The position numbers were made by a program, and so were the translations under genes. Shown one piece after another: positions 26,032 to 35,825 of a stretch of DNA of 64,000 nucleotides; the stretch's first letter is position 1; every line of letters starts with the position of its first letter. The notes under the pieces were generated by a model. It was not told the DNA's origin and did no database searches. It saw nothing but the letters and a program-made list of their open reading frames with translations. Origin of the DNA: Sarea resinae (taxonomy: Eukaryota); assembly GCA_026026165.1 (NCBI GenBank), contig JAPEUD010000021.1:1-64000 (forward strand). Direction: 5' to 3'.

Positions 26032-26490
26032 TCAGTATATTCGATGCCTTGGAGAACAACAACCATTCCGTCGATCGAAGATAACAAGAAATATGGGTGA
26101 TGGGTCTATTTTCGTCGAGTTGAACGGATGGTTGGCGACATGTATTTGGCGCTTTTTGAGTCCGCCCAGGCCAAGGAGGAAGGTGGAGAAGTCGAGAGCG
26201 GAAAGAGCGAGGCTAAGCTGCTCAACAGCAGCGAAGTACCGAAGCACCTCTAGAAGTCAGTATGAATATGCCTACAGGATGTCTTACCTGCACCAGGCCA
26301 CGGTCCAACTTGTCGCACCCATTACCATCCCTCCTTTGGAGAACATTCCAAGATCCTTTCCAGTAGCTCCGTAAGCCACCCACCTTCCCGGAATTCTGTA
26401 GCGGTAGGCCAGTCTCTCGGATGAAGCGTCGTCATATTCAGCAATATTCAGCAAGAAGGCTCGCTTTCTTGTTGCTCGAAGTCATGTAGC
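26032..26490 (-). pseudogene. Spliced orphan gene remnant with a stop codon and a 10-bp duplication
   Basis: Reads ..LNMTTLHPRDWPTATEFREGGWLTELLERILECSPKEGW*WVRQVGPWPGA, then an intron (GTAAGA..CTGAC..TAG, about 26288-26251), then EVLRYFAAVEQL..; boundaries approximate. Confidence 0.45.
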
Positions 26491-27442
26491 CATGTCGGAT
26501 TAGGCAAGCTGGATGTATGAGCTTGGCTTTACCTACATCACGATCGTTGAGCCCCCCGAATCGTGTAGCATGATACGCGTTTGATTGCCTCATTCTAAGC
26601 TGCGTCGAGGCTCTGTATCCTAGCTGTTTAGTAGGGTGGTTGGATTAATAACCACAAGACTGAGAGGGTTGAAGAATAGAAGAAATGGATCGTTGTGAAT
26701 AGACGTAATATAAGCATAGCTGACAGTAAAAATTAAAGCACCATTGAGGATCCCTCCAGCCATAACCCAATTTCAAATGTATATACGTAGCATTAAGGCC
26801 GCAATGTAGGTCAATGTTTCAGACTCGCGCAACAGTCGAGAGGAGGTCAACGCTTTCGATCAGGCGCGTTGGTATAATGACAGCGAAGATGATCGCTATG
26901 AGATCGAGATCATGTGGATACTTACTAAATGATCACCTCTCAATGATCATCTACTTTGCCAGGTGTTTTGATCTGGTAGAGCGAATATCAGCAGCGCCAA
27001 ATTGAGGATCGACAATGCCAAATCAAAGAGCTCGAAGGCCATATGGAGGCGCCTGGGAGATAAAATACGCGCAAGATATTGAAATGCCGTTGATCGATCT
27101 CTCCCTTAGCAGCCAGGACTGTCGTTGGCTGACGGACAATCCTTTCCTTTCATAGCTGGCTGTCTTCGTCCATGTAGAATTGTATCACCCTAGAGCGCCT
27201 GTGATTGTAAGATACTACAAAGCTCTGAGCTTTTATTTGTCTGCAGTTTCTACAATGTAACCACAGGTTTACAATATATTTGCAATCACAACAATTAAAG
27301 GTGTGGTATAGTATAGCAATAAGAACTAGAGAGACCTACAATATAATATCGATAGAGAAAAAGAAAAACAACAGGCTTTAGAAGATCGTGAAATGATTCA
27401 AACAATGGCCGAGGACGTGGCATCTCTGATAGCCGAGCCGCA

Positions 27443-30058
27443 TCATTGTCGAAGCAGGCGAATTTGTTCAGCATTTGCTGCAGAGGCTGCCTCAACCATC
27501 CTGAACAAAGCATCCAGGAGGTCATCTAGACGAAGTACTTGGAGGTACTTTCTCAGTGCTGAGCCTTTTTCGACAACTACGGACTCGCCACTTCCCCATC
27601 GAACAAACACGCCAGTGGCATCGCCATCTATCGTGAAGTCGTTGGCGAAGTAGCTGACGACCCCCTCCTTCTCATCAAAAACGCCGACCGAGGTGTCGTC
27701 CCTGACCAGCGTGACATATCGGTTTTCTTCCGGAACATCGACCAAGCGGAAAAGCCAGTGATTGGTCGTCCCTCCTTGGACTTCACTTTGGCCGTGCAAG
27801 TTCCAGATAATCGAGGGGAGAGACAACTTGAGCGATTCTGATTGGGCGTGGTCGGTCGCATACCCCAGTATTTGATATGCCCCCATCCCTAAAAGGTCGT
27901 CGGGAGTCTCGTCGATTGGCAGACTCAGATCTGGGCACATCAGATGCAATCGGGCCATTAGGATTAATGCCATAGCCCGATCCAATCCGTGGCGAGCGGG
28001 GCTGACCAAAACCGGCTTCAGGAGCGCGCGGAGCATGACCACGGTCCAGGATTCGATGGCCTCCTTGTCCAGGATCTGCTGAATCCAAAGGAGCCTCTCC
28101 GTGGTCGCCATCTGGTTTCTTCTCAGAAGAGCAAAGAGAAAGTGCACTGTTGGCTGGGGGGTCGCTGTTGCCGTTGGCGTGCCGGGGTATTTGTCTGCGA
28201 ACCGAACCAGTTCATGACCGCGTGTAACGGCCATGTCCTCCGTCCACTCCGTCTCTTCAATGCCGAGGTGACGAATGACTTGAGCAATCTCAGCCATTGA
28301 CAGGGACTTCCCCAAGCATTGCGAGTCCGCCAGCATCATCATAACCGACTCTCCGGTTTGTCTCTCTTGAAGTCGTCGGCTGAGATCTGCAGCTTCGGCA
28401 GTGGTTCTGTCCCGAACGGTCTGCATCTCCAGCCTGAGCGCCGAGATCGTCTTATCCTTGTCTGCCAGGCTTTCTTGCAGATTCTCAAGCGTTGATGGGT
28501 CGGCCGCATTGCTAGCCTGGAGAAAAAGCAACTCCATCTTGAGGGCTGAGATTATTATGTCTTTGTCTGCCAGAACGCCTTGCATATCCTTCAGCGTCGC
28601 ATCGTTGGCCGCGTTCTCGTCCCTGGATGCGATCAAGGTCTCACAGAGCAGTCGGACATGTTCATCCCGTTCCTGAAGAGTTGAGACGTTAGCCGCATTG
28701 TTGTCCCGCAATGTTTGCAGCTCCACGTTGAAGGCCGAGGATGCCTCCTCCTTGGCTGCCAGAGTGCTTTGCAGTTCCTCGATTGTTGTAGCCTTGTCAG
28801 AAGCGGCGTTCTGGAGATCTTCAATCTTACGCTGGAGCGCCTCGAAGGAATCTTTCAGCCTTTGAGTCTCCACAGCTTTGGAATTGTCTGCAGCTTGGCG
28901 CTGATTATTTGACTGCTCAATGGAATTTTCCAAAGCCTGGACCGTCCGCTCCAGCTCTGTCATTATCTGGCCACGCTTCTCGATCGTCAGCCGCAGTCGC
29001 TCGGCCGCATCCTCCAATTTGTGAATGGTTGCATCCTTTCCGACTATCGTGTCCTCCAATCTGCGTTTTGATATTTGCAGTTCGTCGAGGGTGGTTTGCT
29101 CGGCGGTGCGAGCGACATTGTAGTTGTCTCGGAAGCGCCTCATGTCTTCCAGGGACTCTTGGTACTTCTGCTCGACATCGTTTTTGGACCGTCGAGCAGC
29201 CTCTGCATCACCAGCCAATTCCGTGACCGTCGTCTGCAGATCGCTGATCTGGTCATCCCTTTCGGCTACATTCGCCTCTGCGCTGGCCAGATCGGCTTGG
29301 GCAATCTCGAGATCTGCTTCTAGATTCGCTTGTATTGTCATGCCATCCGCAAGCTCTTTTTGAAATTCACGCTCTTGGTGCCGAATAGCTGCTGCAGTCT
29401 GATATGCAGCCTCATCCGTTGCTGCCTTGATTGCTTGACATAGCTGGGCAATGGTCCATTCATCTCCGGGACCGATGATGTGAGTCAGCGCCTCAGAAAC
29501 CTCCGGATCAGTCGGTCTCCATAGCGTTCCTTCGGTCACTAGTGCTTGCTCTGGTGCCGATCCCGCGTCGAATTGTTCGAAGGCTCTGACCTTTCCCGGA
29601 TCCAGGAGTGATTCTGGTACGTGATATACCTCCGTGAGAATACGGGCGGCCCAAGCCACTGCATATTGGCGCCTAGGCAAGGTAATATCATCGTCTATTC
29701 CGGGCATCTCTTCTACTAGCAATCTGTCTAGCCCTTTCTCCGCGTCCGCCAGTTTTTCCTCTTCGATCATCGTCACATCCACATAACCATCTTTAGCCTT
29801 GAGCTCCTTTATCCTTTCGACCATTGCGGCATGAATGTGGCGAACTCGGGCTAGATCTCTGCTTAATGCTGGCTCTGAATAATCTGCGTCGGATGTATTA
29901 GACTTTCCCAACTCCTCATCTCGGCCGAGGAATCTGTGTAGTTGCTCTAACGCTTCCGTTTGAAGGTCAACTGAGGCTAAAGACCTGCCGATTCTAGGCA
30001 ACCGAATTACTCTGCGCCCGGCTCCGGCACGAGGGTTTGGTGGGACTCGAGAAGCCAT
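27443..30058 (-). CDS. Intronless orphan protein of about 871 aa with a long central coiled coil
   Basis: Uninterrupted ORF; likely ATG at 30058 (MASRVPPNP), 57 nt downstream of a leader hairpin; E/L/A/Q-rich heptads across the middle; globular-looking ends. Confidence 0.8.
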   Translation of the reverse strand: MASRVPPNPRAGAGRRVIRLPRIGRSLASVDLQTEALEQLHRFLGRDEELGKSNTSDADYSEPALSRDLARVRHIHAAMVERIKELKAKDGYVDVTMIEEEKLADAEKGLDRLLVEEMPGIDDDITLPRRQYAVAWAARILTEVYHVPESLLDPGKVRAFEQFDAGSAPEQALVTEGTLWRPTDPEVSEALTHIIGPGDEWTIAQLCQAIKAATDEAAYQTAAAIRHQEREFQKELADGMTIQANLEADLEIAQADLASAEANVAERDDQISDLQTTVTELAGDAEAARRSKNDVEQKYQESLEDMRRFRDNYNVARTAEQTTLDELQISKRRLEDTIVGKDATIHKLEDAAERLRLTIEKRGQIMTELERTVQALENSIEQSNNQRQAADNSKAVETQRLKDSFEALQRKIEDLQNAASDKATTIEELQSTLAAKEEASSAFNVELQTLRDNNAANVSTLQERDEHVRLLCETLIASRDENAANDATLKDMQGVLADKDIIISALKMELLFLQASNAADPSTLENLQESLADKDKTISALRLEMQTVRDRTTAEAADLSRRLQERQTGESVMMMLADSQCLGKSLSMAEIAQVIRHLGIEETEWTEDMAVTRGHELVRFADKYPGTPTATATPQPTVHFLFALLRRNQMATTERLLWIQQILDKEAIESWTVVMLRALLKPVLVSPARHGLDRAMALILMARLHLMCPDLSLPIDETPDDLLGMGAYQILGYATDHAQSESLKLSLPSIIWNLHGQSEVQGGTTNHWLFRLVDVPEENRYVTLVRDDTSVGVFDEKEGVVSYFANDFTIDGDATGVFVRWGSGESVVVEKGSALRKYLQVLRLDDLLDALFRMVEAASAANAEQIRLLRQ

Positions 30059-30114
30059 TGTGTGCGGAGTGAGTCGTGATAGGATCCAAAGAACGAGAGA
30101 TGGTATAGGAACGA

Positions 30115-30142
30115 CGAAACTGCGAAGCCCAAAGGCCTCACA
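30115..30142 (-). repeat. Single stem-loop repeat upstream of the coiled-coil gene
   Basis: Minus strand TGTGAGGCC-TTTG-GGCTTCGCA-GTTTCG; 9-bp stem with G-U pairs. Confidence 0.9.
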
Positions 30143-30597
30143 AGTAACGACGAGAAATTGATGGTCTGAGCTGTAACGTGACATCCAGCGCAGAGGAGAG
30201 CAGTTCTTCTGATACGCCAGTAGCTTATGGATCGGTGGAAAGTCGCAGCGGTATGTATTCGGGAAGATGGATGGAGTCAAGTAAAGCGTCGCGGAGGATA
30301 GATGGAGGATTGATGAAGTCAGGTAAAGTGTCGCAGGATGTATGGATTCGGATGCACTGCCGCCGCGAAGCGAGAGGTGAATCAAAGAAGAGTAATGGCA
30401 CAGACTTTGCTTGATGGTGTGTGCCTTTGCTAATTATTGAATACGAGTTGTGCCATGAGCACCATCTTCTCTCACCATCTTCTCTCAACACCACCACTCA
30501 ACACCATCATACCATCATCAGCATACCCCCACCCACGGTGATTACGTCTACTTCGTGTCAGTCTTTGGTGATATATTGCTCCTCTTCCCATCGTCCT

Positions 30598-30625
30598 TGT
30601 GGGGCCTTTGGGCTTCGCAGTTTCG
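30598..30625 (+). repeat. Single stem-loop repeat upstream of the GIY-YIG-like gene
   Basis: TGTGGGGCC-TTTG-GGCTTCGCA-GTTTCG, 58 nt before ATG 30683; one difference from the inverted copy at 30115-30142. Confidence 0.9.
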
Positions 30626-30682
30626 ATTCCCTCAATCATTATTCATTACCATCTCATCCTCAATATCACACACCCCACTACA

Positions 30683-32287
30683 ATGGATTCGCCGCAAATA
30701 GGATCCTCCCCTCCCGAACGGTCTCCTCGGTCTCCTCAACTTCCCTCGACTCAAAGTCTCGTATCACCTCACCAAGAAGCTCCTCGTGGACAACCTTCTG
30801 AGATGAGACTCACTTCGCCTCGCTTCTCAAGTGTTTCCCTCGTTGAAGAGACACCTCCTCCACCTGTAATAGTCGACTATGTGGCAGATTTCCCGGATTA
30901 TCCATTTGACCCTTTGCAGAAGGAATTCATGGAACAGCTCGAGCTTAGTGGGGATGGCGATTTGCTTAAAAGCATCAAGAAGCAAGGTAATGGATGTACC
31001 TTTCCAGCAGATGACAACAATGACTGACTGGTTTCGATTTTCAAGACATGATCGATCCTTTTAGCAGCCAAACAAACATCTTTCTCCGGGCCGAAAGATA
31101 TGCTAAGGTCTATGGATGTCAGGTCCTCTTTTCCCTGCCGAAGGAAGTCAAGACTGGGTTAATCAAGGGGGATCTTTTGACGCGACAGCCGCCGATCCAG
31201 TTGACAGGCCAGGCTCGACTGAGGGATGTGGAGCTCGCCAAGAAGGCGTGGCCTGTGATATACGGACATTTTCACGTACATCGCAAGACAAAGCAGGCTC
31301 CAACGGCCAACCAGTACTTCAGGGTCATCGGTGATATCGAAAATTACATTCAGCATTTCATGGGGGTTCGGGTTACCAACCATGCTCACGATCTGAATGC
31401 GCACAGGATCGACGCAGTCATCCAGACCGGAAAACCCTGTGGTTTTCGAGATGGAGACTCATTGACGGGCAAGCGGCGATATTGTCAGAGTGATGCATAC
31501 CGCGCACACATTGAGACATGGCTGGCAGGATTACGTTGCCGGCTTAGACTTATTCCCATAGCGCATCACGACAAGCCAATCCCATGGCCTTTGTGCGGAG
31601 TTGGGTACACTTCTGACCCGGCCACCACAGAACAGCAACATCGCGAGCATACGAGTTCTCAGCAACTCATGTACCTGGTCCGCTCGGCATTTGATCGCCG
31701 CTGGCCAGACAACTTCGAGATGGAGTTCATGGTCCTGTACGAATGCTGGAATTCCGAGCAAGCTCCAATTGCTGAGCATGTCATATCACGACTTTGCTTC
31801 TCATACGTCCCACATGGCGGATTCAATGTGACATTAGGTGGGGTAGGCAACATATCAGCTCAGGATGAGCCTGAGACTATCTATGAGCCGATTTGGGAAG
31901 ACGTCCTCGAACGTGGTCACTTTACAGAGAATCTTGAGTTCGCGAACGATTGCGTTGAGAGGAAATTAGACTTGGTCAGACAGATCAAGCAAATCAAGGC
32001 GGAAGTGGCCGAATTCGAGGTGCTCAAAGTTGAGCATCTGGCCAAGAGGAAAAGGTTAGCAAGGCTCCAACACGAAAATGCGGTCCGAGGTAAGCTTGCA
32101 AACCATCTATGTGATGATAGGACTAATTGGAAAAGGTGCTGAAATAGAGAGACTCTCTATCCCCTACCTTAAACGTGTTCTGGCAGACATCAAAAAAGCG
32201 AATGAGATACTAGCGGAGTCGGAAGTTTTGGCAGCTTTTGCGGCAGATGTCAATGAATTGGCCGAGCTTGGCAGGAGACCGCAGTAG
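30683..32287 (+). CDS. Hypothetical protein of about 500 aa with a GIY-YIG-like nuclease domain and C-terminal coiled coil, 3 exons
   Basis: Introns 30987-31045 and 32090-32135 (GT..CTRAY..AG) join three ORFs in frame. Motifs VGYTSDPATTEQQH, AxxAExxI and GGFNVTLGG resemble the GIY-YIG pattern (YxG..R..QH..E..GxN). The gene model is better supported than the domain call. Confidence 0.65.
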
Positions 32288-32969
32288 ATTGGCGGAAGTT
32301 CCCTTACGCGTATTCTTCCAGAGTGTCAGAAGTTCCAGCTAGCTTTAAATATCATGCGTTGTCCTGTCGCGTTCACAAAGTTGAATCCATCATGATCTAC
32401 GTCCACGTCAGATTAAGCTCGCGCCGCTACATCGGCCTCGGCTAGCTGCATTGACCGAAATTCCGTGTGGCAAGATCTGTGCGCATCGCTTGGATAAGCG
32501 ATGATAGAGGGTTTACGGCGTCCCTAATCAGATAACGATGATCATGTTCTCTCTTCCCGTGAGCAAATCGCATTCCACATCATCTGTCGTCTGACGCCAT
32601 CATGTCTTTTGACCTTACCGGTGTCTTGGCGTACCTAATATTGCTCGCGCCAATTATTGTGGATGATATTGGTGAGCACCAAAATCTGCTTCTCAATTCC
32701 ATTGCCATGTAAATACAAGAAAAATCGCATCAATGTAAGGTACAGTAAATAGGCAAGCATGTTCCTAGTTGCGCTCAAAAGGCTACCATAACCTGGCTCG
32801 TCCGGTCCATACCCAGTTGCCTACTATAAAGCGCAGCGCTCCTCGCATTCGAAGAGAAAGTGAGTGAGGACTTGACCGCCAGGGAATAAACCATTTCAAA
32901 TTCAATACCAGAAAATACACTAGATCCTAAGCCCCCTCAGCCTGGACACCAAATTTCAAGCTGTTCTGC

Positions 32970-34560
32970 TCATGTCGCTGTGATATTGAAGCGTACATGT
33001 ACCTTAGTCTGTCGTTGGATCTCATCTGGGGTGGGACTCTTAGTTCGGACGATGTGCTCCTTGATAAAATACACACACTGGCGCCCGGTTACGGCAAAGG
33101 CATGGCACTTGTTGGTCATATTCGGCCAGTAAAAGTTGCCTCCGTGCGTGATTGCCTGCACCCACCAGCATTTGGTTTGGTGGTTCTGATTGACCACGAG
33201 ACTGGTGTTTCGCGCGGCAAGGCCTTTCCTTTTGATGGTGTTCTTGATCTTATTGTGAAGGATCGAGGCGTCCAGGAGCTCGTACCCGTCGTCGACCTTT
33301 CCTACGTTGATGTCGAGGAAATTGTTTGGCCGAGCGTTGATCACGAATGCAGCAGGGCGAGGATCGCGCTCTTGCTCTGGGGACAGAGCAGGCGAAACTC
33401 GAGACCTTGCTGGGATTCTTTGCGTAGCTGTCCCTGTGGCCGCCAAGCCCGATCTCCTTCCTCGCAAGGAAGTTCTGGTCCTGCTCGCGATCGTTGGTTC
33501 GAGAAAGCCCCGAGCGCCTCCACGGCTGCGATCGCTGGTTGGAGCCACATTCTCACCAGTCCTGGAGCGTTCCCCTTCCTCGGGCCTCGAGCCGTTGTCT
33601 GCCGTCGTAGAAGCGCTCTTTGCCGACAGCGAACGATACCTACCCGAGCTGTCCCGAGGTTTGACCTCTTTGCCCTTGCTTCGGGCTCGGCGTCCGTCCG
33701 CAAATGTCAGAATAGTTTTGAGCATAGTGACCCACCTTCGTCTGAGCTGACATTGTACAGATCTACTTCTGGCGAATCGGCCTTGTCATGTTGGGGGAGA
33801 ACATCAGGCGTCGCGTCCATCGCTGCCGGAAGCTCACTTACAGCTGTGCTCGCACGGTGGCGGTTTTTCTCCGGGCTTATACTCGGAACGTGACCACGAG
33901 CACCTGCCGTTGGCGAGACTACTCTTTGACCCTCCGTGGCAGCCTGGCCGGCATCGTGAAGAGAAAGCACCTTTTGCCATCTGGCGTTCCTTTCGTCGGC
34001 TCTCTTTTCTCCCCTTTCTTCTTCCAACCTGCCCGCTTCCAAGAGCCGCTCGATGTTGACGTCAAATTGGACGGCAAATTGGCTGACCAGTGATCTAGGG
34101 TCGTAAGAGTTTACGAGGCGTTGAAAAATCAAGCCCTCCTCGTCTTCCCTGAGGGCCTTGCAGGTCTGCGTAAATAATTGATCACGCTCGGTATGCCAGA
34201 GGGAATCAATGTATAGGAGGACAAGCTGCTTGAACACCTCCACGACCTTCTTAACCAATGCCTCTCGATCTTTACCGGCCAGATTACCCAATTCAGTGTA
34301 GATACTAGTCTAGATCTTGTCAAGTGCTGTCACGATATCTGCCGGAAGGTTCTCGTTGAGATATTGAAAGAGCGTGTCCGAGAGGATCTTCTTGATCATC
34401 GTTTCGTGCACTTCCTTTAGCAGGTCGAGTTCTTTGCTCCTCTTCTCGACCTCAATCTTCCAACCATTGCTAGTACGTGCTAGAACTTCCGCATGGCTTA
34501 CCTTGTCATCAGCTGCGGCTTTCGTGAGTTGAGCGATTGCCCGCTCATGCTGAGTTTGGA
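32970..34560 (-). pseudogene. Orphan gene (helical/coiled N-terminus, low-complexity middle, Cys-containing C-terminus) with a RIP-type stop
   Basis: ..QHERAIAQLTKAAADDK, intron GTAAGC at about 34500, IEVEKRSKELDLL..ALDKI*TSIYTELGNLAGK (TAG at about 34310, CAG>TAG type). A probable intron at about 33735-33686 links it to the 32970..33725 frame. The 5' end is lost in AT-rich sequence. Confidence 0.55.
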
Positions 34561-34842
34561 AACCCTACAGCCAAGAATAAGGATACCTTCTATTGGCCCT
34601 GCAATATACCCTAGTAAAAATTAATCTAAAATATTAATTGTCTGATAAGGACAGTTAGGATACACTTCCTCTAGCTCTTGTAGCAGAGGATTGCGTATTG
34701 TAGTTAGAGCCGGCCTTTTATGTCTGCATGAATAAGTTATTAGAGGCTGTCATTAGCGCTTGAGGCCAATCAGTAGATGTATGTCGGGCTAATGTAGCAG
34801 GATGCTTAGCCTAGATGCAGGAATTCACAGGCATGGCTTGTT

Positions 34843-35160
34843 CTAATGCTTATTTCGTATGGCCTCTTTCAGCGGCACGAAGGATGCGAATTCTAAATCG
34901 GCTGGTAGCGACGTCAGCCCGGCGAAGTCGAAAGCAGCAGTCGCCGGGGTCTTCCTTGTCGTGGAATTCCAGTCATTGGTAACCCTCTTGCCCATAGTTG
35001 GCTCATAGCCCGCGGCAATGAAGATCATTTGAGCCATCTAAGTGAGTACAATTTTCTGGCGGGAAAGATAGAGGGAATTCAGGGTTCCATCTGTATAGAC
35101 CAAGCTGAATACAATGAACTTAGCTTCTGAGCCTTCGAAATTGTCGCTGGTCTCAACCTG
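34843..35160 (-). pseudogene. C-terminal fragment of an SF1 helicase paralog (copy C)
   Basis: QVETSDNFEGSEAKFIVFSLV (motif V) and FIAAGYEPTMGKRVTN align with QVETREKFQGSEAQV and FITVSHEPTMSKRVPN of copy B. Confidence 0.7.
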
Positions 35161-35825
35161 TGAACGAGCCATTCACCCAGTATCGCAGTGAATGTGGAGG
35201 TATCGATGACGTGCTAAGTCCAGAATAGTCGGAGACCAGTTTGATGGCGTTCGCATAGATGCAGTAAACCCTCGTCTTCAGGATGGGAAGATGCCTAGAC
35301 CTTCGCGCAAGCCAGATCCACAATGCTTTTTGCTTTTAGGCCTTGCAATTCCTCACGCGATTGTCTGCGTAGTCTATCCGCAGAAAGTATAGGGAAATCG
35401 TTCGACTGTATAACAACTTTAAGTATAGTGTCTACCGCCTAGTTCTCTACTGCCTGCAAGTTAGTACAGTCGTAGTCAGATAACACTTGCCTAATAGCTT
35501 TGTGTCGCCCGCCCTTGATTTTATTTAAGGTCACCCCGAAATGTATGTACGCTTCTAACAACTTAGCTTTTATTAATTCTCTTATCTAAGGATTAGGGCC
35601 TGAAATAGTCCTGCTATCTGGTCGAAAAATCGTCTGCTATTATATCTCCTGTTAGTCACGTCTTTCGTATAACAGGAGAGCAACTTACTTTGCCAGAAAG
35701 ATTTGACATAATATGGCGAAGCAATCAACTGTAGAGTGAAGTGAAGGGCTTGATTCTCTTATGACACTATCTCCTCGCGCCCTTATCATCGAAGCACGCA
35801 ATGGTCAGCACAGAGTCCGGATCAC

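Noticed and set aside
27443..30058. SMC, myosin or kinesin assignment for the coiled-coil protein
   Set aside because: No Walker A/B or motor-domain motifs; any similarity would be compositional.
32997..33893. 298-aa plus-strand ORF and similar long antisense ORFs (49642..50424, 55951..56931, 61580..62623)
   Set aside because: Shadow ORFs opposite better-supported genes in GC-rich coding DNA.
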